Notes under the pieces: generated by a model | What the model was told of the DNA's origin: nothing | Database searches by the model: none | Seen by the model: only the letters and a program-made list of their open reading frames with translations | Assembly: GCA_964291285.2 (NCBI GenBank) | Contig: OZ219786.1 | Location: 384,001-448,000, forward strand | Direction: 5' to 3' | Origin: Alphaproteobacteria bacterium | GTDB taxonomy: Bacteria > Pseudomonadota > Alphaproteobacteria > Bin95 | Length of the DNA stretch: 64,000 nt | Translations under genes and position numbers: made by a program | In this document: positions 10,691-19,880 of the stretch, piece after piece | Position numbering within the stretch: position 1 is the stretch's first letter | Layout of the letters: each line of letters begins with the position of its first letter

Positions 10691-11154
10691 AAAGGCTAAC
10701 TTCTCCGCTGTCGCCATCACGTTCTCCCAACCAGCACCGGTGGATGGAACAAGGGCCGAAGGCCCGATGGCGACACCTTCTACTCAGTCCCGCGCCTCAA
10801 CGCGACGCGCCCGAAAACCAGCCCGCGCACGGCCATGGGGTGGAAATCCACAAAACCCTTCCCGCCAAGCCGCAAAAACCCCGGAAATCAGCCATCCTGA
10901 CGGGGTAAGAAAAATCTCAAACCTCCGCAATGCCTTGCTCAGAAAGCACTTCCAAACAGCGCACACGCCTCAGCATATGGTCTTGAGATGAAAAGGCATA
11001 TAACCATGCTGGCAGGTGAGGAGAAATGATGCATATGGGTGTAACAGGAAATTGAACCCGGTATGCGGGAATGATCCGGACAGGGTGAGGAACCATGATG
11101 ATTGTACAGCAAGGCATATGGGGGAAACTATATGGACAATTGATTGGAACAGGG

Positions 11155-11353
11155 TTACGGTCCATCATGATTCTATGGGTATGTAAGTGAAACATACCTT
11201 GCTGGTACCGTATGAGAGTGGATTCCATGGACAGGGGCAGCGCACGGGACCGTTGCGGAGGCCGGCAGATGGCGGCGAGGTCCCGGAGACGGAAAAGGAA
11301 TGCGTTGCGGCGTGACGCCGGGCGATGCAGGCCGGCCGTTCGTGCGGGAGACA
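11155..11353. repeat. About 200-bp non-coding element, copy 1 (paralog at 56465-56797)
   Basis: Direct alignment TCCATC(A/G)TGATTCTATGGGTATGTA...GGCCGTTCGTGCGGGAGACA. Confidence 0.85.
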
Positions 11354-11519
11354 ACCGGAACCGGACGGCTGCGGGTCGCCGGTCTTTCGGTGCAAGCGAT
11401 ACGCGCCTGGCAGGCATGGACGCTTCCGACGGGCGGCGGGTCCGGAGCGGACGGGAGGCGGGCTTCCGGCCGAAGTCGATACCGGCAGCCGCGGCCGCTT
11501 TCTGCCGGAAGGAAACGGC

Positions 11520-11852
11520 ATGAAGCTGGCGAAACAGCGTTGCTTCTACTGTTCCCCGGAAGTGTGGGAACGGATCCGCAGGCGTGCAGGGAAAGCGAAG
11601 CTGAAGGTGTCGCGCTTCATATGGCTCTGCTGCCGGCAGGCAGGCGAGGGAGACGGCGGCGCCCGCCCGGACGCCGCCGGGCATCCCGTTGTGCTGACGC
11701 AGGAGGAACAGCGCCGCCTTCACGAGAACGCCCGCAGGCTGTGCGGCGCCGGTCGTCTTTCGGTTCGGGCTCCGGGAGGCGGAGAGGCGAGCGTCACGTT
11801 CGGCGAGGCGGTGCGTTTCCTGCGCCTTGCCGAACGGGGGGACAGGGCATGA
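11520..11852 (+). CDS. Ribbon-helix-helix (MobC/CopG-like) protein
   Basis: KQRCFYCSPEVWERIRRRAGKAKLKVSRFI; paralog of 62191-62511. Confidence 0.65.
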   Translation: MKLAKQRCFYCSPEVWERIRRRAGKAKLKVSRFIWLCCRQAGEGDGGARPDAAGHPVVLTQEEQRRLHENARRLCGAGRLSVRAPGGGEASVTFGEAVRFLRLAERGDRA

Positions 11853-12334
11853 ACCGCACGGTCTCGCTGACCGACGGGGAGTGGGGTTCGATCGGGCAAT
11901 GGTCGGCCGCCCGCGGCAAGTCGAGGGCGCAATGGATGCGCGAATGCGCGCTGACGGTGGACCTGCCGGCGAAGAAGGCCGTGGCCCGGCCTCTGGTGCT
12001 GGACGCCGGGGAACAGCGCTGCATTTCCCGCACGGTCGGGGATTTGGCGGGCTGGCTGTCTTCTTCGGGAAACGAAGCGGGCGGGACCCCCGGAGACGAC
12101 CTGCGGGCATTGCTGGCGGCGCGGCTCCGGACCATGGCCGGGGACGGCCGGCGCGAGGCCGCGGTCGAACTGCTTCGCCATGTGTTCGGCGAGGAACGGG
12201 CAGCCGTGATCGCGGCGGCGTTCATCCCTGAGCCGCAGCCGATGGACCGAACGGATGACGGGTCATCGGAAACCCGCCCGGACGATCATTCCGGGCGGAA
12301 ACCGGCACCCCAGCACAACCTGTTCGATGACTGA
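11849..12334 (+). CDS. Ribbon-helix-helix protein
   Basis: RTVSLTDGEWGSI...AARGKSRAQWMRECALTVDL; ATGA overlap; paralog of 61748-62173. Confidence 0.65.
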   Translation: MNRTVSLTDGEWGSIGQWSAARGKSRAQWMRECALTVDLPAKKAVARPLVLDAGEQRCISRTVGDLAGWLSSSGNEAGGTPGDDLRALLAARLRTMAGDGRREAAVELLRHVFGEERAAVIAAAFIPEPQPMDRTDDGSSETRPDDHSGRKPAPQHNLFDD

Positions 12335-12503
12335 ATGCCGGCGCGACTCCACGCCGAACGGGCGGGTCGCCGCGACGACTTCCGCGCTCTCCCGAGGGAT
12401 GACCGGCCGGCACCCCGGACCCTCGCCGTTGCGCGGACCGCGTTCCACTGCGCGAACGGCTCACGGCAGCGTCGGATGACTTTCGGACGGGCGGCGCATG
12501 CCC

Positions 12504-13718
12504 CAGGGCAATCGCTTTTGGGCCTGTCATGCTGCGGCGCGGATCAAGTTGAGGAGCAAGTCGTCGTTCCAGGCTGCGCGCTTGAGTTTTCCGCGCATGG
12601 CGTCTTTTGTGGGTTCGCGGCGTGCGATGTTGAGGGCGAGGCGTCGGATCAGGGCGAGGTTTTCGGGTCCGTGGTCCTTGCGGTTTCGCTGTCGGTCCTC
12701 GTTCATGGTCACGTCGAGCACCCAGTGCAGGCAGTTTTCGATGGTCCAATGGGCGCGCGCGGCGTGCTGGAAGCGCTCGGGCGCGAGCGGCGCGCTCATG
12801 ATGTAGTAGCGGGTTTCGGTTTTGGTGCTCCTTGCGGTTTCGCGCCTGGCCTGGATCTTGCCGATGGCGGCCAGCCCCGGCCAGTCATGGCGCTCGCGCA
12901 GCCATGCAATCTCGTGGCAGACCGAGGCGCGGCGCGTCTCGATGCGCCCGTGATCGCCATCGGCATGCTGACATGATTGGAGTTTGTCCGCCTGGGCGGG
13001 ATCGTCCAGATACAGGCGCACATCCTCATACAGGCTGCCCTGATTGCCCTTGAGCGCCAGCACATAGTCCCCGCCCTTGGCGGTAACGGCCTCGGCCGTC
13101 GCCCGCTGGGTATGCATCGCGTCCGCCGTCACGATCCGGCCTTGAGCGCCAGCATCTCCAGCAGCTTCGGCATCGCCGCAATCTCGTTGGACTTGTCATC
13201 GACCTTCACCTGGCCGAGCATCAGGCGGGTCCCGGCGGCGAAGGCCTGCACCAGATGCACCGGCGAGCGCGCCGCGGCATCGGCGAAGGAACGCCGCAGC
13301 GACTTGCCGTCAATCGCGATCACATCGCCGTCCAGAACCGCCGCCCAGTCCTCCAGAAGCCGCAGCAGCACTTTCTGCAGGCTGTCGGGATCGAGGGCGT
13401 TGAACAGGTCCGAAAACGCATCGTGGCTCGGAATGCCGTGCTTCAACTCCATGAAACGGCGCAGAAACCCTTCCTTCGCCCGACCGAAACGCTCCATGTC
13501 CGCGCATCCCTCCCCACCGCACAAGGTCGAGAGCAGCGCGATCAGCAGCATCTCGTGCAGAGAGTGGCGCGTCGCATTGCTGCGACGCGGATCCGTAACT
13601 CCTTCGAATACTGACGAAAACTCCTCCATCTCACACCCCAACTCAACAGAAACGGAAACCGGAGTGTGAATCGAAAACGCAAACTCCTAAAAGCTAATCT
13701 TCAAAAGCGATTCCCTTG
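12504..13718 (-). mobile_element. ISAs1-family element
   Basis: Ends CAGGGCAATCGCTTTTG / CAAAAGCGATTCCCTTG; 10-bp duplication GCGCATGCCC. Confidence 0.95.
12527..13641 (-). pseudogene. ISAs1 transposase, frameshifted near 13130
   Basis: Two ORFs: GIPSHDAF/IAIDGKSLR/KSNEIAA and VTADAMHTQ/LALKGNQ/HWTIENCLHWVLDV. Confidence 0.9.
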
Positions 13719-13969
13719 GCGCATGCCCGCCGTCTACTGGACCGCCTTGCCGGTTTTGGCGTATGTCTCGCACAAGCGCTGACTGGCGGATACGAGGTGG
13801 GAGCGACGATGGCCGCTGTCTGTGTCGTGACGGCGCGAAGCGGCGGCCTGTCGCCGATGGAGACATGCCGGGCGGTGGTTCACGGCGGTTCCGGAGGGCC
13901 GGGATCGACCGGTGGGCGGTCCGGCGCAACGGGTCCGGTTGACAGAAGCGGGCGGGCCGAGGGCGCGCG

Positions 13970-16900
13970 ATGACGATACCGACGATTTTCGAGTCCTGCC
14001 GCCCGCGCGCCGATGTCCTGGCGGGCGCCGTGACGGAGGCCGATTTCGCGGCGGACCTGTCTCAGGTGGTGGTCGGCGAGGGCGCGGCCGACTATGTCGA
14101 TCCGGCCCGGTTCTTCGCCAATACCTACCCGACGAGGGGTTTGAAGAGCCTTCTGGCCAATGTCTGCGCCCGGCTGAGCGGCGCGGGCGGCGAAGCGGCG
14201 TCGATCTTCCGTCTGGATACCTCCTATGGCGGGGGCAAGTCGCACGGCCTGATCGCGCTGTGCCACGCTGCGGGCGGCGGCGTCGATTTGCCGGGGATTT
14301 CCGAGTTCGTCGATCCCGCGCTTCTGCCCCGGGGCCGTGTGCGCATTGCCGCCTTTGACGGGGAAAACGCGGATCCGGCCAACGGGCGCCGGATGGAAGG
14401 CGGGCATCTCGCCTTTACGCCGTGGGGCGAGATCGCCACGGCCCTGGCGGGCCGGGACGGATATGAGCGGGTGCGCACGAGCGACGAGCGCCGGATCGCG
14501 CCCGGGGCCGAAACGCTGCGTGAGCTGTTCGGCGGCGAACCGGCGCTGATCCTGCTCGACGAGCTGTCGGTCTACCTGCGCAAGGCGGCGGTCCTCGGCC
14601 ACGCCCGCGACCAGTTGACGGCGTTCCTGACCTCGCTGTTCAAGGCCGTGGAAGGCGCGCCGAACGCAGCGCTCGTCCATACGCTGGCGATCGGCAAGGA
14701 CGGGCGGGCGACCGACGCCTACCGGGACGAGAACCGGTTCATCGCCGACGGCATGGCGGAGGCGGAGAGCGTGTCGGCGCGCAAGGCGACACTGCTCAAC
14801 CCCACCGAAGAGGACGAGACGGCCCGGGTGCTCCGCCGCCGTCTGTTCGAGTCGATAGACGAGGCGGCGGCCGCTGCTGCCGCGGACGCCTACCGGGCGC
14901 AGTGGAGCGCCCACGCGGACGCTTTGCCGGAGGCTGTCAACCGCCCGGAAGCCGCCGCGGCGTTCCTTTCGAGCTATCCCCTTCACCCGGAGGTTCTGGA
15001 CACGCTGACGGCGAAGACGGCGACGCTCGGCAATTTCCAGCGTGTGCGGGGCATGTTGCGGCTTCTTGCGCGCACGGTGGCCCATCTGTGGGCGGAGCGG
15101 CCGGCCGACGCGACGGCCATCCACCTGCACCATATCGACCCGGGCCACGAACCCGTCCGGCAGGAGATCGTGACCCGTCTCGGGCAGTCAGCGTTCGCTC
15201 CGGCCATTTCCAACGACGTGTCCGGGGGGCCGGGCGGCAAGGCGGCGCTGGCCGAGGAGATAGACGCCGCGCATCACGGGGGACTGCCGCCCTACGCCTC
15301 CCGTGTCGCCCGCGCCATCTTCATGCACACGCTGGCGTTCAACGACCCGCTGAAGGGGGTATCGCCGGAGCGGCTGCGCTATTCGGTGCTGGGCGCGTCG
15401 ATGGACATCGGCTTCGTCGAGGAGGCGCGCAAGAGGTTCATTGCCGAGTCCGCCTATCTCGACGACCGTCCCGGCGCGCCGATGCGCTTTCTGGCGGAGG
15501 CCAATCTGAACCAGATGATCCGGCGCACGGAAGACCATATCGACGCCGGGGACGTGCGGGCGGAGCTGAATGACCGGATCCGCACGATCTTCAACGGCGG
15601 GACGCTGGAGGCGGTACCGTTTCCGGGCGGCCCGTTCGACGTGGCCGACGAGGTTGGGGACGGTCGCCCGAAACTGGTGGTTCTCGGCTATGAGGCCGTG
15701 ACCGTCGGCGCCTCGGTCGAGGCTGTGCCGGCTTTGATCGGGCGCATCTTTGAGCGGAAGGGATCGGAAGGCACCGCCCTGCGCCTGCTCCGCAACAACC
15801 TGGTCTTCGTGGCCGCCGATGGGGAGCGCGGGGAGGACATGCGCCGCCGGACCCGCCGCCGGCTGGCGCTGCGGGACATGAAGAAGCCGGAACGTCTGGT
15901 CGATCTGGCGGAGCACCAGCAGGCCCAGTTGCGCGAGATGGAGGCGCGTTCGGAGCATGACCTGGCGCTTGCCGTCCAGCAGTGCTACCGGCATGTGTTC
16001 TACCCCTCGCGCCACCGTGTCGGCGGGGGCGACATCGATCTGGCGCATACGGCGATCGACATGCACTCGACCTCGGACCGGCCGGGCGCGGGGCAGCAGC
16101 AGGTCGTGCGGGCGCTGCGTGACCTGAACAAGCTGCGCCTGCCCGAGGACGAGCCGGATTCGCCCGCCTATGTGCGCGACCGGACGCCGCTCGGGAAGGG
16201 GCAGATGTCGACGCGGTCGTTGCGCGACGAGTTCCGCCGCGACCCGGCCCTGCCGATCCTGGCGGGCGACGACATCTTCGTGCGCGGCGTGCGGCGGGGC
16301 ATCGAGCAGGGCGAGTATGTGTATCGGCGCGGCGACCTGCTGTGCGGGCCGGGCGATCCGCCGGCCGCGATCGGGATCGACGAGCAGGCGACGGTCTTCA
16401 CGATGGCCTATGCACGGAATAAGGAGCTCTGGCCGCGGGAGAGGCCGGCCGATCCCGCCGTGGGCAGCGCTGGCGCTGGCGGCGAGGAAACGGAAGGAGC
16501 GGAAAACGGAGGACGGTGCGAGGGCGGGGAGCCTCCCGGCCCGTCTTTCGTCTCCCTGGCCGCGGAAGGCGTTCTTCGCGAAGCGCTCCAGCAACTCTGG
16601 GAGCGGGCGCGCGCGAAGAAGGTGGAGGCGATCGCGGCGCTGACCATCCGCCTGTTCGATGCCGACGACGCCTTCCCGCTTTTCAGTGCGGTGGGCGCGA
16701 TTTCCGGGGCGGAACGGATCGTCACCCTGACCGGAGGGTACGAGACCCGCGGCGGCGGCAGTTTCGAGCTGGAGTTCCGGGGGCCGGTGGCTGATGCGCA
16801 GCCGGTCCGGGAGTTCCTGGAGCCGCAGCTTCGCGACGCCAGCTCTGCCAACCTTGAGGCCGGGTTCGAGTTGACCTTCGAGAGCGGGCTGCCGATGGCC

Positions 16901-16990
16901 GGCGACGCTGCGGAAAAACTGACCGGACGGCTCAGCCGGTTCGCGAGCGGCGCGGCGTATGTTGCGGCCCGGGCGGAGGCCAGGGCGTAG
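13970..16990 (+). CDS. DUF499-family AAA+ ATPase (BREX-related system)
   Basis: FFANTYPT, Walker A LDTSYGGGKSH, Walker B LILLDEL, SYPLHPE, FQRVRGMLRLLA. Confidence 0.9.
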   Translation: MTIPTIFESCRPRADVLAGAVTEADFAADLSQVVVGEGAADYVDPARFFANTYPTRGLKSLLANVCARLSGAGGEAASIFRLDTSYGGGKSHGLIALCHAAGGGVDLPGISEFVDPALLPRGRVRIAAFDGENADPANGRRMEGGHLAFTPWGEIATALAGRDGYERVRTSDERRIAPGAETLRELFGGEPALILLDELSVYLRKAAVLGHARDQLTAFLTSLFKAVEGAPNAALVHTLAIGKDGRATDAYRDENRFIADGMAEAESVSARKATLLNPTEEDETARVLRRRLFESIDEAAAAAAADAYRAQWSAHADALPEAVNRPEAAAAFLSSYPLHPEVLDTLTAKTATLGNFQRVRGMLRLLARTVAHLWAERPADATAIHLHHIDPGHEPVRQEIVTRLGQSAFAPAISNDVSGGPGGKAALAEEIDAAHHGGLPPYASRVARAIFMHTLAFNDPLKGVSPERLRYSVLGASMDIGFVEEARKRFIAESAYLDDRPGAPMRFLAEANLNQMIRRTEDHIDAGDVRAELNDRIRTIFNGGTLEAVPFPGGPFDVADEVGDGRPKLVVLGYEAVTVGASVEAVPALIGRIFERKGSEGTALRLLRNNLVFVAADGERGEDMRRRTRRRLALRDMKKPERLVDLAEHQQAQLREMEARSEHDLALAVQQCYRHVFYPSRHRVGGGDIDLAHTAIDMHSTSDRPGAGQQQVVRALRDLNKLRLPEDEPDSPAYVRDRTPLGKGQMSTRSLRDEFRRDPALPILAGDDIFVRGVRRGIEQGEYVYRRGDLLCGPGDPPAAIGIDEQATVFTMAYARNKELWPRERPADPAVGSAGAGGEETEGAENGGRCEGGEPPGPSFVSLAAEGVLREALQQLWERARAKKVEAIAALTIRLFDADDAFPLFSAVGAISGAERIVTLTGGYETRGGGSFELEFRGPVADAQPVREFLEPQLRDASSANLEAGFELTFESGLPMAGDAAEKLTGRLSRFASGAAYVAARAEARA

Positions 16991-17457
16991 TGGCGCGGGC
17001 GGAACGGGCGGCGCAGGCGTCCGCGCCGCGTTACGAGTTGCGGGTGCGCCGCCACGGGCCGGCGGACTCTGCCTACGAGGTCTGGCAGTTGCCGGCCGCC
17101 GCCTCGCCGCACGTGGCCTGCGCGCTGCGCGTCGCCGGGCTCAGGGGCCGCAATCTCGACCTGGTGGAGCACCGGGTGCTGAAAAGGCTGTCGCAGGCAG
17201 GCGTGAAGCCGGGCCGGTGGGTCGATGCGGCGGAACGGAGCCATGCGCTGAGCGAGGACCTCGCCCTCATGCTCGGCCTGCTCTTCCGGACGCTGGCGCC
17301 GATGCGCAGCCGCGACAACATGCGCGCCGTGGCGGAAGGCATAGAGGCGATGGGGCGCGAGGAGGCGGCCTACTGGCTGGGCATGGCCATGCACCGCAAG
17401 AACCCGCGCCGGGTACTGACCGCGCTGCGGCGCCTCTTGACCGAGCCGAAAAGGTAA
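16990..17457 (+). CDS. Small accessory protein of the DUF499 system (position of DUF3780-like genes)
   Basis: Overlaps the DUF499 stop; MGREEAAYWLGMAMHRKNPRRVLTALR. Confidence 0.7.
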   Translation: MARAERAAQASAPRYELRVRRHGPADSAYEVWQLPAAASPHVACALRVAGLRGRNLDLVEHRVLKRLSQAGVKPGRWVDAAERSHALSEDLALMLGLLFRTLAPMRSRDNMRAVAEGIEAMGREEAAYWLGMAMHRKNPRRVLTALRRLLTEPKR

Positions 17458-17472
17458 TCCGGGAGACTGAAC

Positions 17473-18189
17473 ATGCGCATCAAACCGGAGATCAGCAGCG
17501 TGAGCGTCGTGTTGCTGGGTAATTTCAACCCGGCGATTTTTACTCCCGCCTGGTTCGCTCTGCACGGCCTTTTGCCGGAGGGCGCCGCAGACAATGCGGA
17601 ACTGCAAGTTGCTCATCCGACACTGACCATGTTTTCCACGGAATGGCTTCAGTTCGAGGCCACCACCGACCGCTTTCTGGCCGTGACTCAATCGGCGCCG
17701 AATATTCGGATTCGCGACTTCGTGGCGCGTGTCTTTGGAGAGCACCTCTTCCACACTCCTGTCAACGCGCTTGGTGTCAACCGGGATGTGCATTTCCGCG
17801 CGCCCAGCCAGCGCGCCCGGGATCAGGTCGGCAGAGTGCTGGCGCCGGTGGACCCTTGGCTCCCATGTGTCGAGAAACTCGGACTGGCTCTGGACAGCGA
17901 ATACGGCGGGATGCGGTCTCTGACCATGGTAGACACGCGGCCCGAAGGTCGGCCGCTAGGAGGACAGGTGCAAGTCACTGTGGAACCATCTGTCCGGATC
18001 GACAACGGGCGGTCGGGAATATATGTGAGTGTCAACGATCATTATGCGGCCAACAGCGCCGACGCCAAGGGGAATGCACAACTTCTGGCGTTTCTGGAGA
18101 ACGATTTCGACTCGTCAATCCGGCGCAGCGATGCCATTATCGATCACATCATGTCGCTGGCGAAGGAGGAAGGGGTACGGGCCTCATGA
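17473..18189 (+). CDS. Hypothetical protein (SVVLLGNFNPAIF family; possibly TIGR04255/SecB-like fold)
   Basis: RBS GGAG; N-terminal GNFNPAIFTPAWF and TPVNALGVNRDVHF motifs. The fold is an inference. Confidence 0.7.
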   Translation: MRIKPEISSVSVVLLGNFNPAIFTPAWFALHGLLPEGAADNAELQVAHPTLTMFSTEWLQFEATTDRFLAVTQSAPNIRIRDFVARVFGEHLFHTPVNALGVNRDVHFRAPSQRARDQVGRVLAPVDPWLPCVEKLGLALDSEYGGMRSLTMVDTRPEGRPLGGQVQVTVEPSVRIDNGRSGIYVSVNDHYAANSADAKGNAQLLAFLENDFDSSIRRSDAIIDHIMSLAKEEGVRAS

Positions 18190-18797
18190 TGCAGGCGAAC
18201 AGTTCCACGGCGGCCCGGAACTTCAACCCGCTGTCTGACGGTGAGGGGATTTCAGCCGGGAGATCACAATACGCGACCGTTGCGACCACGGTGTCGGCAG
18301 TGATTGAGATGGTGGCTTCCGCCAAGCGCAAAACAGAACAGGACTTGCTAGGCGGCGAAACCGGGATGTGGCCGAACCCGCTTTCCGACCACACGCGAGG
18401 CCGAAGTCAAACTGTTCCGGTCGTGGATTTCCCGCCGGCAGCGAAGCCCCGCCCCCGCATGGCCACGCTTTATCCGTTGCAGGAATGGGAAGGACATGTT
18501 GTCCGAATCGATGCCGAGGCCGACGGGTTCGTCGCGCGGCTCGTCGACCTGACGGCGGGACATTCTCACGAGAGCGAAGAGGCGGTCATCCCCATGGCCG
18601 AAATCTCTGAACACGACGCCTCCCGCATGGCCGTCGGCAGCATCTTCCGCTGGGTGATCGGCTACGAACGCTCTCCCGAGGGAACACGCAAGCGGGTTTC
18701 GCAGATTGTCTTCCGGGACCTGCCCAGAATGACCGCGAACGACCTTGCGAAAGGCGCGGCATGGGCCCGCAAGGTTGTGTCGGCTCTCGGCTCGTGA
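18186..18797 (+). CDS. Hypothetical protein
   Basis: ATGA overlap with upstream gene; C-terminal LQEWEGHV...FVARLVDLT...GSIFRWVIGY domain. Confidence 0.75.
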   Translation: MMQANSSTAARNFNPLSDGEGISAGRSQYATVATTVSAVIEMVASAKRKTEQDLLGGETGMWPNPLSDHTRGRSQTVPVVDFPPAAKPRPRMATLYPLQEWEGHVVRIDAEADGFVARLVDLTAGHSHESEEAVIPMAEISEHDASRMAVGSIFRWVIGYERSPEGTRKRVSQIVFRDLPRMTANDLAKGAAWARKVVSALGS

Positions 18798-19873
18798 GCG
18801 GGGCGGAAACGCCGCCAGCAGAAAGCGAGTTCGAACTGACGCTCCTTGGCCCCGGTTACGGAGAGAGCATCGTCATGCATGTTGGCGCCGGCGAATGGGT
18901 CATCGTCGACTCCTTCGCCGATTCCGATGGGCGGCCAGCTGCGGAACGATATCTGGAAGGGATCGGCGTCAATCCGGCAGCCGTCGCACTGGTCGTGGCG
19001 ACGCACTGGCACGACGACCACATAGGCGGGATCGCGCGCCTTCTCGAATTGTGTCCTGCGGCGGGCTTCTGTTGCGCGGGCGCCCTGTGCCGGAAGGAGT
19101 TTCTGACGCTGGCGGGCACGTTGGAGGGTCGGCCTTTTTCTGCCTCCGGTTCCGGGTTGCGCGAAATATACGAGGTGTTTTCCCGATTGGCGGCAACGGG
19201 GAGAAAGCCGACCTATGCGCTCGCCAACCGTGTTGTGTTTCGAAGAAAGGCAGGCGCCATTACGGCTCTGTCGCCGGACGACGAGATCTTCCAGCGCTTC
19301 CTGAAATCCGTGGAGCGCCTGATGCCCGATCGAGGCGCGAACAAGACGCGGCTTCCTGACCTTTCTCCGAACGAGGCCTCTGTTGCGCTGTGGGTTGAGT
19401 GCGGCGGGCATTCGCTACTTCTTGGTGCCGACCTGGAGCGGCAAGGCTGGACCGCCGTACTGGCGGACGCGGCGCGGCCGGCAGGCAGGGCTTCGGTGTT
19501 CAAGGTCCCGCATCACGGCTCCGAAAATGCGGACGACCCCGCGGTGTGGGATCAAATGCTCGAATGCGAGCCCGTGGCGATCCTCACGCCCTGGCGCCGC
19601 GGCCGCGGTGCCCTGCCAACCGGGCGCGATGTCGAGCGTATTCTGGCGGCTACGTCGAAAGCCTGGATTACGAACAGGGGTTTGCCGGGGCCGGCCAGGC
19701 CAAGGCACAGGAACACGGCGGTGGAAAGGACCCTGCGCGAAAGCGGCGCGCAGTTTCGCCGTCTGGCGGGCAAGCAGGGCATGGTGCGCTTGCGGCGTCC
19801 CATCACTTCGGACAGTCCATGGGCGGTTGAGGCGTTCGGCGATGCCTGTCCTCTCAAGGACTATGCAGCGTAG
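18794..19873 (+). CDS. ComEC-like metallo-beta-lactamase-fold hydrolase (putative nuclease)
   Basis: GPGYGESI, THWHDDH (HxHxDH), NEASV, LLGADLE, KVPHHGS; GTGA overlap. Confidence 0.9.
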   Translation: MSGAETPPAESEFELTLLGPGYGESIVMHVGAGEWVIVDSFADSDGRPAAERYLEGIGVNPAAVALVVATHWHDDHIGGIARLLELCPAAGFCCAGALCRKEFLTLAGTLEGRPFSASGSGLREIYEVFSRLAATGRKPTYALANRVVFRRKAGAITALSPDDEIFQRFLKSVERLMPDRGANKTRLPDLSPNEASVALWVECGGHSLLLGADLERQGWTAVLADAARPAGRASVFKVPHHGSENADDPAVWDQMLECEPVAILTPWRRGRGALPTGRDVERILAATSKAWITNRGLPGPARPRHRNTAVERTLRESGAQFRRLAGKQGMVRLRRPITSDSPWAVEAFGDACPLKDYAA

Positions 19874-19880
19874 CGCGCTG

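Larger units (their letters stand above)
8207..10717 (-). pseudogene. DDE transposase (DUF772/IS1182-like) interrupted near its start by IS1595
   Basis: Removing 9664-10698 restores MATAEKLAFSWW...RGRGRNDYPVRAMW...YDGKAV...SWFGYGLHLIAD...ADRGLD...YNRRTAMERINARL. Confidence 0.85.

Noticed and set aside
17643-19880. Long N-terminal extensions of ORFs 17643-18797 and 19383-22805
   Set aside because: They overlap real upstream genes. Coupled starts at 18186 and 19881 are more plausible.
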